This document shows, in pieces, positions 50,111 to 64,000 of a DNA stretch of 64,000 bases. The stretch's first letter is position 1, and each line of letters opens with the position of its first letter. The stretch is from Macrostomum lignano (lineage: Eukaryota): positions 143,088 through 207,087 of the forward strand of contig NIVC01000153.1 of NCBI GenBank assembly GCA_002269645.1. The letters run 5' to 3'. The notes beneath the pieces are model-generated. The model saw only the letters and a list, made by a program, of their open reading frames with translations, did not search any database and had not been told where the DNA came from. The position numbers and the translations under genes were made by a program.

Positions 50111-51591
50111 GCACCAGGACATCGGAGGCGGTGGCGCGCGAGAGACAGCAAATAGCAGATACAGCAGGGGAGGCGGACGTTCAGTAGCCGTCGGAGCTCA
50201 GCTGGAAGCTGGTGACCAGACGGCGCACGCCCTATTTTCGACCGGTACCCGGCAAGCAAGTGACCGAAGCCTTCTGGGAGATCTACTGCCTACTGGCTGT
50301 GGCTGCACGGCAACACGTCAGCTGGCCACAATGCGATAGCAACACAGACGCGCCCTATTTATTAACAAATTACAGGCTAACCGCTGACTGACACACAACT
50401 GTTCCCATTTTTCGTTCCATCTAATCTGCGAAATTATCGAATTCTAGGCTTGTAATTTTTTGGTTGAGGGAGAGATGTAGCTTACTGTCTTATCTCTCTC
50501 CTTTGCTCTCGCCCCAGCCTTCTCCCATTTAAAACTACAGAAATAAAGCCGATATGTATCGAAAAAAAACTAGAGAAATATAAAGCCGATATGTATCGAA
50601 AAATATAAAACTAGAGAAATAACGCCGATATGTATCAAAAAAACACAAAAAACTGCCCAACGGCGATATGTATAGAAAGAATACCGAAGTTCTTGCTGTT
50701 CTTGTCAGATTGAGTCAGAATTAGATATGCAATTCACTTTGGGAATACTGTTGCTATCTTTTTCAATAAACTAAATTATCTGAGCTACGGCCGGCTATAG
50801 ACCTTGCCGTAGGTACGGTCCTTAGATCATTAAATACAGCCTCGAACTTTCTAATTCATAGAATTTGAATCAGGTGGCGTTTATTTTATACCGAAAATGA
50901 CTCAGCAAAATGTCTACGAGTTATACTCAGCAACATTGAAAAGTCGCCATGCACCCTTTGCCTCAGTGAGCAGTGTCTTTCGACCAGCGTCTATCACACC
51001 TTGCCAACCATTTTAATACAAAAAATGCTTGAAAAAAAACAAAGAAAACCGGGCGGAAGCTTCAATCCATCCAATCTTCACCCTCCGCTCTTCCCAATCC
51101 CTCCTCACCCAGCCCAACTCTGCATCGCGCCGCGTGTCGCAAGTTGCGTCACTCAAAAGTCAACACTGAGCTAGAATTTACTGCGCACTGTCAAAGGTGG
51201 CGACTATTTAATGTTGTTGAGTATATTTAATCGCACGCAGAAGGATATTAGCCATAATCTGACTGATGCAAGTCAGCTTTTAAATCCGACAAAGCAAGGG
51301 GAGGGGGATTAAAGACAGACAGGAACTGTCGCGATTCAATTAACTCTCTGGCTTGAAATATAGATAAAAATGAATCTGCCCAAGAGGGGATGACAGAGAG
51401 GCGGAGGATTTGCAGTCTCGAGAATTGGAAAATCAAATAATTAATTTCTATTTATAGAAATGCTGACGACGGCTGATGAAAGGCCTCTTTCGGCGCTTTA
51501 AAATTTCAATTTTATGGAATGCAACTCAGCATTTCAGCTTTATTGATAGCTTACTAGCATAGATTAAATTTGTATGTGATAATTCCCCTAC

Positions 51592-51945
51592 CCGTTGCTG
51601 CACCATCACGTGACTAAACTCCCTCTCTATCTACCAGCACTGTACGTTTCCCAATCCTTGCTGCACCATCACGTGACTAAACTCCCTCTCTATCTACCAG
51701 CACTGTACGTTTCCCAATCCTTGCTGCACCATCACGTGACTAAACTCCCTCCCTTTATCTACCAGCACTGTACGTTTACCAATCCTTGCTGCACCATCAC
51801 GTGACTAAACTCCCTCCCTTTATCTACCAGCACTGTACGTTTCCCAATCCTTGCTGCACCATCACGTGACTAAACTCCCTCCCTTTATCTACCAGCACTG
51901 AACATTTCCCAATCCTCTACCCCTTGCTGCACTATCACGTGAATA
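51592..51945. repeat. 63-bp tandem repeat, each unit with TCACGTGA
   Basis: CACCATCACGTG at 51601, 51664 and onward; 5-6 copies. Confidence 0.95.
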
Positions 51946-51981
51946 AACTCCCTCTCTGCCTTTAGATAGACCAGGACTTAC

Positions 51982-52182
51982 CTCAATAGGCGGCTGATCG
52001 TTAACGCAAATTGAATAGCCCAGAACGCCGGCGCCTCGACAATCCGAAGCCGTCCAGGCCGCAGTAATAGAAGTTGAAGTTGTTCCAACAATGCGCAGAT
52101 GGCCAACTTGCTCGGGCGGCCCGGGGGGAGTCGCCGCGCTCACCTCGGCTGAATAAGCGCCCGGGCCAGCTGCGTTCACAGC
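51982..52182 (-). CDS. FNDC3: FNDC3 exon (end of FN3-6, first half of FN3-7)
   Basis: Acceptor CCCCAAG|GCT at 52183/52182. AVNAAGPGAYSAEVSAATPPGPPEQV..ITAAW..GYSI. Donor GAG|GTAAGT at 51981. 201 nt. Confidence 0.9.
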
Positions 52183-52484
52183 CTTGGGGGGGGGGTTAAG
52201 GAAGGGGATTTTCAGATTATCACTGCTTACACAGTATATGAAAATAAGCTATATACAGAAGCTTAGTCAAATCCACTTTTTTCCTCTGAGCGACTATGCA
52301 ATTTGTAATAACTTCTTTCAACTCACTTCAGACAGCCTGACCTTTCATGCAGCTAAGGTGGTTCTTTAGCATTCAAATGCTTCGACATAATTACTACTAA
52401 TGATGTTAAAGTACAATAATTTTTGCACAAAAGCTTTACAGAAGAGACGCTTAACAACAGGCGCATACGAAAGGCAGATACAAA

Positions 52485-55214
<2,730 letters not shown>

Positions 55215-55247
55215 GTAAGAAAGAAAAGGCCAGTTACAATGTATTAC

Positions 55248-55322
55248 CAGAACGCGAAATGCATACTCCGAAGCGGGCAGGAGGCCTTTGGCTTCGCAGC
55301 TGAGCGCCGGTCCCGAGTAGAG
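55248..55322 (-). CDS. FNDC3: FNDC3 75-nt exon (middle of FN3-6), not in the ORF track
   Basis: TTGACAG|CTC..CTG|GTAATA. Translates [25 protein letters not shown], which fills the gap between GAEFSL and AVNAAGPGAYS. Confidence 0.9.
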
Positions 55323-55924
55323 CTGTCAATGAGAATGTTAATGCTTTTTTAAGGTTTACATAAAGCCGAAGGTTTACACAAAATAATGCTCCACGAATGA
55401 GCTGAATCTATAATTGACATGATAAAATAACCATGAACAATATATTCTGTCTCTTTGTCCCGCTCTTTTCATATGCTTAGAATATACGAGTAAGATTCGA
55501 GAATAGACATGAAAAATAGATGAAGCCCTGGCTATACGGTAATGTTGCAGAGATAAAAAACACAATTAAGAATAATTAGAGTTACAGAAGCGAATGGTTA
55601 AGCAATTCCAGTCTTCGGTGAGCAGTAAAATGAGGCTGAAAAATAAAAATCCGACAGTTAAGCTTATCAGGAAGACCCCGCTGCAGCGAACACAGTTATC
55701 ATTTTTTAACTGAACTGAGCTAATTTCTGGGCTAAGCTCGAGTGCAATTAGCGATCGGCGTAACTCTCAGTGCACTTCGTGTTACAGTAATAGTAATTAT
55801 TTTCTAAACTACTCGAGGATCGAGCTCAACATTCCATACAAAGTTTAAGCATGCTTATGGGAATAAATGAATGACAATATAAACGATATAGAAGGCTGGC
55901 GCGATGTTGGTCTGTGAGGCTGAC

Positions 55925-56555
55925 GCTACGAGGATCTGGGAGGCTGGCCCAGCAACTGAGGATCTGGGAGGCTGGCCCAGCAACTGAGGATCTGGGAGGC
56001 TGGCCCAGTAATCGAAAATCTGGGAGGCTGGCCCAGCAACTGAGGATCTGGGAGGCTGGCCCAGTAATCGAAAGTCTGGGAGGCTGGCCCAGCAACTGAG
56101 GATCTGGGAGGCTGGCCCAGCAACTGAGGATCTGGGAGGCTGGCCCAGCAACTGAGGATCTGGGAGGCTGGCCCAGTAATCGAAAATCTGGGAGGCTGGC
56201 CCAGCAACTGAGGATCTGGGAGGCTGGCCCAGCAACTGAGGATCTGGGAGGCTGGCCCAGCAACTGAGGATCTGGGAGGCTGGCCCAGCAACTGAGGATC
56301 TGGGAGACTGGCCCAGCAACTGAGGATCTGGGAGGCTGGCCCAGTAATCGAAAATCTGGGAGGCTGGCTCAGCAACTGAGGATCTGGGAGGCTGGCCCAG
56401 CAACTGAGGATCTGGGAGGCTGGCCCAGTAAAAGAAAATCTGGGAGGCTGGCCCGGCAACTGAGGATCTGGGAGGCTGGCCCAGTAAAAGAAAATCTGGG
56501 AGGCTGGCCCAGCAACTGAGGATCTGGGAGGCTGGCCCAGCAACTGAGGATCTGG
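55925..56555. repeat. 28-bp minisatellite GAGGATCTGGGAGGCTGGCCCAGCAACT
   Basis: About 22 units. Confidence 0.97.
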
Positions 56556-56869
56556 AAGGGCGGCAGCAATAGCTAAATAGCAGATAAACAACGAACACGC
56601 ACTTATACGAGCGTATACGAGGCCTGAACTTTTTTTACCTATCTCAGTAGTAATAACTGAGATAGGTAAACAATTACCTTCGGTCTTCTACTAGCGGTTT
56701 TGCTAACAAATATGGCAAAAGTTCTTCCTGACTGAGGCGATCTAGAAAGCGTCTGACAGGTGCGTCTGAGTTTCAGCTGTTTCCGTGCTCAGAAATGCCG
56801 ATAAGGAGGGCAAACAGACGTTGCTGGATATCTTAGTAGAGGCATGGCAAGGACTGGCGCGTTGAACGT

Positions 56870-58520
56870 CAGGCTTGATGAAAACACGGTGTCAGGCTTG
56901 ATGAAAACACGGTGTCAGGCTTGATGAAAACAGTGTCAGGCTTGATGAAAACACGGTGTCAGGCTTGATGAAAACACGGTGTCAGGCTTGATGAAAACAG
57001 TGTCAGGCTTGATGAAAACAGTGTCAGGCTTGATGGAAACAGTGTCAGGCTTGATGAAAACAGTGTCAGGCTTGATGAAAACACGGTGTCAGGCTTGATG
57101 AAAACAGTGTCAGGCTTGATGAAAACAGTGTCAGGCTTGATGGAAACAGTGTCAGGCTTGATGAAAACACGGTGTCAGGCGTGATGAAAACACAGTGTCA
57201 GGCGTGATGAAAACACGGTGTCAGGCTTGATGAAAACACGGTGTCAAGCTTGATGAAAACACGGTGTCAGGCTTGATGAAAACACGGTGTCAGGCTTGAT
57301 GAAAACACGGTGTCAGGCTTGATGAAAACACGGTGTCAGGCTTGATGAAAACACGGTGTCAGGCGTGATGAAAACACAGTGTCAGGCGTGATGAAAACAC
57401 GGTGTCAGGCTTGATGAAAACACGGTGTCAGGCTTGATGAAAACACGGTGTCAGGCTTGATGAAAACACGGTGTCAGGCTTGATGAAAACACGGTGTCAG
57501 GCGTGATGAAAACACAGTGTCAGGCGTGATGAAAACACGGTGTCAGGCTTGATGAAAACACGGTGTCAGGCTTGATGAAAACAGTGTCAGGCTTGATGAA
57601 AACACGGTGTCAGGCTTGATGAAACAGTGTCAGGCTTGATGAAAACAGTGTCAGGCGTGATGAAACAGTGTCAGGCTTGATGAAAACAGTGTCAGGCTTG
57701 ATGAAAACAGTGTCAGGCTTGATGAAAACACGGTGTCAGGCTTGATGAAAACACGGTGTCAGGCTTGATGAAAACAGTGTCAGGCTTGATGAAAACACGG
57801 TGTCAGGCTTGATGAAAACAGTGTCAGGCTTGATGAAAACACGGTGTCAGGCTTGATGAAAACAGTGTCAGGCTTGATGAAAACACGGTGTCAGGCTTGA
57901 TGAAAACACGGTGTCAGGCTTGATGAAAACAGTGTCAGGCTTGATGAAAACACGGTGTCAGGCTTGATGAAACAGTGTCAGGCTTGATGAAAACACGGTG
58001 TCAGGCTTGATGAAAACACGGTGTCAGGCTTGATGAAAACACGGTGTCAGGCTTGATGAAAACAGTGTCAGGCTTGATGAAAACAGTGTCAGGCTTGATG
58101 GAAACAGTGTCAGGCTTGATGAAAACAGTGTCAGGCTTGATGAAAACACGGTGTCAGGCTTGATGAAAACAGTGTCAGGCTTGATGAAAACACGGTGTCA
58201 GGCTTGATGAAAACAGTGTCAGGCTTGATGAAAACAGTGTCAGGCTTAATGAAAACACGGTGTCAGGCTTGATGAAAACAGTGTCAGGCTTAATGAAAAC
58301 ACGGTGTCAGGCTTGATGAAAACAGTGTCAGGCTTGATGAAAACACGGTGTCAGGCTTGATGAAAACACGGTGTCAGGCTTGATGAAAACACGGTGTCAG
58401 GCTTGATGAAAACAGTGTCAGGCTTGATGAAAACAGTGTCAGGCTTAATGAAAACACGGTGTCAGACGTTATGGAAACACGTCAGACGTGATGAAAACAG
58501 TGCCAGATATGACAAAAAAC
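56870..58520. repeat. 21/23-bp minisatellite GTCAGGCTTGATGAAAACA(CG)GT
   Basis: About 75 units. Confidence 0.97.
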
Positions 58521-58613
58521 AGTAGCAGACGTGATGAGCCGTCAGTGTGCGACGGGATAAGCAGACAATGTCAGACATGATAGACACACTGTTGAACTAG
58601 GAGATTTGCTCAC

Positions 58614-59294
58614 CAGAGAAAACTCTGCACCACAATCTAGCCGCTTGATTTCGACTCGATATTCGACAACCAGAGCTCCATTGTTGGACACGGGCGGTCG
58701 CCAGGCCAAGCCAGCAGAGTGCGGGCCCCGGACGGACACAGCCGGCGGCGTGGGAGCATCGGGCGGAGCCGCCGCCGTGGCGGCCTCCAGTGCCGGGGAC
58801 CAGCGGCCTGGCCCGACCGAATTTCGTGCCCGGACTCGAGCCGCGTAGCGATGGCCGGGCTCCAGATCGCTGATTGAGCACTCGAGTGCGGGACCACGGT
58901 AGACAATATCAGCGGTCGAATTTTTCTCCTCGCCGTCGACTTCTTCGTCAACTAAATAATCGACGCCGCCAGCGACAATCGGCGTCAGGCGAAGCTCAAA
59001 CTCGACGGAATCGTCGCCGGTGCGAACCACGTCCGGAGGCATCGGCGGCGCCGTCCAAGCCAGGCAGAGCTGCGTCGGCCGAGGCCGGCCGGACAGACGA
59101 GGCGGCGCCAGCGGCTGTCCGGGCGGTCCGGGGGCGGAAGCGGCCAGCAGAGTCTCGCTAGGCACGGACTGGCCGGAGGAGGAGGCGGCCACAACGGTGA
59201 GGGCGTGACGCCGGCCGGGCTGCAGGCCGGTGAGCACCAGCTGGCGCTGCTCGGCGGCATCCGTTTCAGCCACGATCCGGCCGTCCACCAGCAC
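58614..59294 (-). CDS. FNDC3: FNDC3 exon (rest of FN3-4, FN3-5, first half of FN3-6)
   Basis: Acceptor CCGCAG|GTG at 59295/59294. LTGLQPGRRHALTVVA, SDLEPGHRYAARVRARNSVGPGRWS. Donor CTG|GTGAGC at 58613. 681 nt, phase 0-0. Confidence 0.9.
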
Positions 59295-59329
59295 CTGCGG
59301 AGTGAGGCAACTTCCCGTTGCTAATCTTC

Positions 59330-59490
59330 AATTTTCGGTGGATTGCTAATCTACTCCTGGTTATATTTCCCGTGGATTGCTAATCTACTCCTGGTTATAT
59401 TTCCCGTGGATTGCTAATCTACTCCTGGTTATATTTCCGGTGGATTGCTAATCTACTCCTGGTTATATTTCCGGTGGATTGCTAATCTAT
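59330..59490. repeat. 34-bp tandem repeat GTGGATTGCTAATCTACTCCTGGTTATATTTCCC in a 232-bp intron
   Basis: About 4.5 copies. Confidence 0.93.
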
Positions 59491-59526
59491 ATTCCTGCAT
59501 TTCAGATTTTATCCGAAAATACTCAC

Positions 59527-60389
59527 CAAATACCGTTTCACAGTCGAGCCACCGTCGTCCACAGGAGAATCCCAAGACAGACCAATAGATCCCGGCTCCT
59601 GGCTAATCGAAGAGCCACCGCCTCCGCGGCCTCCACCGCCGCGGCGTTTGCCACCGCCGGTTTTCTCAACCGTAGAAATCTGTCGCAGGCCAACAGGCGG
59701 GCCGGGCGGGTCGGCCGGAGTGCAGAACGCGGCCACAGGCGACCATTTAGACGCGGCGCCGTCGCTGCCCCTGGCCTGCAGCCGGAATCGGTACTCGGTG
59801 GCTCTGCGAAGATTGGCAACCCGATGCCTGTCCGAGTTGCCGCTGTAAACGGCGAGGAAGCCCAGTCCGGAGGCCGGATCTCGCACTGCAGCTCGAATTC
59901 CTGATCCGCGGGCCGGCGGGACCAGGCCAAGAGAATCGACCGGGAGGAGCGCTCGACAGCGTACGGCGGCTCCGGTTGGGTTGGCGCCGAGCCGGCGGTT
60001 GCCATGGCAACAATCTGCGAATAGTCGCCAAGCCCGAGAGAGCTGAAGGCGGCTACGCGGATTAAATATTTTCGGCTGGGGGATAATTTATTGATTTTAA
60101 ATTGACGCTGACTGCCGCGATATCGTTCGGTGAATTTCTCGGATCCGGACGGAGCTGATGAAGCCGCATCAGCGTCCGGTTCGCAATCGGCTTCGGAGGC
60201 GGCGGCAGCTTCCGCTAATTCTAACGCGTAGCCAGTCGGCTTGATGCCGCGATTCTCTGACGCACCCCATTTGACGGTGAGCGAATTGCGGCTGCGAGCC
60301 ACCAGGACCGGGGCGCCTGGCGGCCCGGGCGGCAGGCAGCGGGTGCGGAAGGCTACCGACTCGGTGAACCGGCCGGCCAAGGCTTCCAG
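59527..60389 (-). CDS. FNDC3: FNDC3 exon (end of FN3-1, FN3-2, FN3-3, start of FN3-4); contains a 1-nt frameshift at ~59880
   Basis: Acceptor CCCGCAG|CTG at 60390/60389. FN3 motifs run in ORF 59538-60380 up to QEFELQCE and continue in ORF 59509-59886 from DPASGLGFLAVYSG. Exon is 863 nt, one short of a multiple of 3. Donor TTG|GTGAGT at 59526. Confidence 0.85.
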
Positions 60390-61057
60390 CTGCGGGCCGG
60401 AGCGGGCGCAGTAGGAAGGATTTGGGGCTAGGGTTTTCTAAGAAATAGTGGGAATAGCGAAATACAGTATAGTGACGGAATTGAGAGAGGTTAGCATTGA
60501 GAGGCCCATCAATGTAAGTAGTGTGGCTCAATATTTGTAGTGTTGCTCAATATTTGTTATTAAAAAAGACCTGGCAATAGGGATTTCAAAGGAGAATTTA
60601 TTTGAGAGAAAATCCCCGAGATTCTATAAGGAAACATTTGACGAACGGTTTTAAAAGAATCGAGAAGACGATTCTAAGAGGAAGGTTGAGAATAGGCCAT
60701 TTGAAAAAATGCATTTAAAGCTTTGATTTCTTAATCCCTGCGATGAAAGGTTGTAAAGCGAGCGAGAGGCCTGAGAAATGAATAGGGGAGGAGGAGAGAG
60801 TTGAGAGAGACCAAACAGGTATCGCATCGCAAGCAATAAAACAGATGCCGCTGTAGAGTTTCGCTTCAAATTTGAAACACAATTGCAATTTTTTTCAAAA
60901 ATATCAAATTAAAAAGCAGCTCTTTTGATAGGTAAGCAGCTATTCTCTTACTAGCAATTCTATTTCTGCTTTCCCAAATGCTGATGAATAGGCAGTTTTA
61001 ACTGATTGGAATTCATGCCATTCACGCGATCGTGACTGACGCTGTCTACTGAGCGAA

Positions 61058-61795
61058 GCCAGCTGTTTACAGTTAATGCTAGATAGATATAAGACTTTTA
61101 CGATCGTTGGCCAGCAGTCCAGAGAGGTGTCGCGACTTTCTTTAGTCATTTATTCAGTTCAGCTGCACTCGTCTGTGTTTACTGATTTCTCCCTCTCTGT
61201 CTAGTAGTTCAATATTTGTTATTCTTATCTCTCTCTCCTCTTGCTGTCTTCTGATTGGCTGTTAAATCTCCCTCGGTCTCGCACTCCACCCTCCTACCCC
61301 CACTTGCTACTGCCAGCTGTTTACAGCAAAGGCTAGATATAACAGATTTTTACGACCGTTGGCCAGCAGTCCAGCGAGGTGTCGCGACTTTCTTTAGTCA
61401 CTTATTCAGTTCAGCTGCACTCGTCTGTGTTTACTGATTTCTCCCTCTCTGTCTAGTAGTTCAATATTTGTTATTCTTATCTCTCTCTCCTCTTGCTGTC
61501 TTCTGATTGGCTGTTAAATCTCCCTCGGTCTCGCACTCCACCCCTCCTTCCCCCCACTTGCTACTGCCAGCTGTTTACAGCAAAGGCTAGATATAACAGA
61601 TTTTTACGACCGTTGGCCAGCAGTCCAGCGAGGTGTCGCGACTTTCTTTAGTCACTTATTCAGTTCAGCTGCACTCGTCTGTGTTTACTGATTTCTCCCT
61701 CTCTGTCTAGTAGTTCAATATTGTTATTCTTATCTCTCTCCCCTCGCTGTCTTCTGATTGGCTCTTAAATCGCCCTTGGTCTCGCACTCCACCCT
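61058..61795. repeat. 254-bp tandem triplication, FNDC3 intron
   Basis: GCCAGCTGTTTACAG at 61058, 61312, 61566. Confidence 0.93.
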
Positions 61796-62286
61796 TATTT
61801 TCTTATCTGCACTCAACCACCCCACAGTTAATGACTAATAACTCAAATTTAAATAGTTAATTAACGTATTCTTTCTTTACAGGAGGCAAGCAGTCATACC
61901 CGTTCCGCTGATACGTGCGCAGGAACACGCTTACACATAGTCAGCTTGGCTTTTCATTAATAACCTTATTACGAGTAACACCCTGTCCATAAGAGACTGC
62001 TATAGCTTAAAAATATAACTTGTAGGATTTTTAATTTCATTTGTTCAAGAGTTATTTTGCATTGTTTAAGACTATTTAATGGTAGTTCAGGGTCTTCAAA
62101 AATGTTTAGATGCATATTAGGGCGTTTAAGAGTGTTAAAAGGTATTTTAGGATGCTAAAAAGTGTTTATTAACTTTCTAATGTTACTTAAAGGTGTTTAA
62201 AGCTGATTAACAGAGTTTTTAAGTCTTAGTATCCCTATCAAGGAGACAAATATGAAGATATTCAGCAATTATCAAGGCATGCTCAC

Positions 62287-62698
62287 ATTGGCCTTGGCCT
62301 TGACAAAATACTCCGTATTTGGCTTCAAATCTTGCAGAGAAATCTCCTCGGCCGGACCTTTAAACACGCAATTATAGAAGCCTTTGCTGCCGGTCTCCGA
62401 CAGCTGCAGTTCAAACGACAGCATGGGAAACAGGGAGTCGGGCACTCGCTCGGGCGGATACAGGTGCACCAGACAGCTGTTCAACTCCGAGTCTGTCACA
62501 GTCGGCTGCGGCATCTCCGATAGGATGTCTGCCAGCTCTTCGGCAGTGATGCCTAGTTCGATGAGAGCCGCATCTAACGATCGCGGAGCGGCGGTGGCGG
62601 CATCAGTTGTTCTCAGAGACGGACCGTCCGGGTTGTCGCTATTAGCTGGAGAAGCTGCCAAAGTGCCATTCCGCCGGCTAAGCCGCCGTTGACGGAGC
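62287..62698 (-). CDS. FNDC3: FNDC3 homologue, first exon in window (end of N-terminal region, most of FN3-1); upstream exon(s) not found in window
   Basis: Acceptor CACACAG|G at 62699/62698. ADILSEMPQPTVTD..CVFKGPAEEISLQDLKPNTEYFVKAKAN. Donor AAT|GTGAGC at 62286, phase 0. Confidence 0.8.
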
Positions 62699-62884
62699 CT
62701 GTGTGCAATGTTGTTAATAGAGATCGAATTGTGTGGCCGTAAGATTAATTTATTTATATACTCGTAAAAAGAGACTGCACATCGCTAATAAGATTTTAGA
62801 ATGCCATTCTCATCCGTCAGACAAGTCAAATCTGTCTGACCTATGTTCGATGTTGAATTACACGCTAGGCTGTCTTAGTGTCCG

Positions 62885-62894
62885 TCAATCTGTG

Positions 62895-62927
<33 letters not shown>

Positions 62928-62952
62928 GGCTGGCTGCCTGTCTGTCTGTCTA

Positions 62953-62987
<35 letters not shown>

Positions 62988-62992
62988 GTCTA

Positions 62993-63085
<93 letters not shown>
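62885..63085. repeat. (GTCT)n microsatellite
   Basis: Direct inspection. Confidence 0.97.
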
Positions 63086-63086
<1 letters not shown>

Positions 63087-64000
63087 GCGCGCATTAGTTT
63101 GATTAGCACCATTTTTTAAAAAGCATTGGACACAAAGCGCACAGAGGCTATGTTAGAAGAATTGCCCCAAATCGCCTAAATGTCGGGAGATTAAAACTTG
63201 GAACGCCTATAATTTTAACACTCTAGTTACCATGCCGTATTGCGCCTTGGTTATCATGATACATTAAAAAGCTATTTTCTTCCAATATCTTTGCAAATAT
63301 AAAACAATATTCGATAGTCAGGCAAAAACACATCTTAAAATAAGAAAAGTTTGATTGAAGGGCATTTTATCCGTTAAAACCGAAGATAAAGACGGGTTGG
63401 CCGGTTGGCCCATTCCCAAGTCTCATTGTCTCGCAGTTCACCGCTAATGGACTGCTTCCAATTCCGATAGACATTAAGAGACGATAGGAGGAATTTGAGA
63501 GAAACATATATGATACTAAATTTAGAAGTTTGATGACGATCAGGCGTGAGCAAATAGAGGGGAAAAAGCACTTTTTCTCTTTTTTACAGAAATGCTATTA
63601 ACTTAACGCTAAAAGTTTTCATTTGTATGCGCCCAGGAGTCAGCGGACTGGGCAGAATTGCCGTCAGCGCTGGTTGCGGACGATGTCGCACGGAGGCGTT
63701 GCATCAGGGTGCCTGCAGCTCTTTTGTGAATATTTACAATTATATTTAAAGTGCTGTGTTGGGTGAAGGGCAGAGAAAAGAATCGAAATTTTAGTCTTAG
63801 CTACAGATTCGCCTAAAACGTTATCCCGCTACTGCTACAGATGAGACTGAAGACACAGTTATTACAATTAGAATCGCGATTCAATGCCAGGGCATAGACG
63901 GGAGGCAGACAGGCAGGCAACCGAAACGATAGAAAATAATGAGACAGACCGGAAACTGAGACGGGCAGGCGGGAGAAGAGAAAAGACAGCAATAAAAATC

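Noticed and set aside
49488-50259. Minus-strand ORFs as extra FNDC3 exons
   Set aside because: No FN3 motifs; flanking exons already join seamlessly (PPIE|VSPDQ); the signal is a + strand Gypsy relic.
59870-59890. Programmed -1 ribosomal frameshift in FNDC3
   Set aside because: No X XXY YYZ slippery site; an indel is simpler.

Overview
Eukaryotic (metazoan) genomic DNA. GC-rich exons sit in AT-rich spacers, and by my hand tally about half of the window (~33 kb) is tandem repeat. The style suggests a free-living flatworm such as Macrostomum, but that is inference only. Five spliced or intronless protein-coding genes were rebuilt from GT-AG sites with intron phases checked. On the + strand: a TIF1/Bonus-like TRIM gene (RING, two B-boxes, coiled coil, PHD; 3 exons), intronless IMP3, a DAXX homologue (3 exons) and a class A peptide-receptor-like GPCR (2 exons). 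On the - strand: an FNDC3 homologue with nine FN3 domains and a tail anchor (7 exons in the window, 5' end outside). FNDC3 includes a 75-nt exon missing from the ORF track and a 1-nt frameshift at ~59880. All 11 complete introns carry tandem arrays, nearly all with a unit found nowhere else in the window. Array C/G skew tends to follow the direction of transcription. Mobile DNA: a Harbinger-like MITE, a degenerate MITE carrying an internal minisatellite, a decayed Gypsy fragment lacking RT/RNase H, and a possible hAT fragment. Most ORFs in the supplied track are repeat artefacts. No rRNA, tRNA or CRISPR array was seen. The best candidates for new biology are a possible trans-spliced TRIM-IMP3-DAXX operon and the intron-private, strand-polarised minisatellite architecture.
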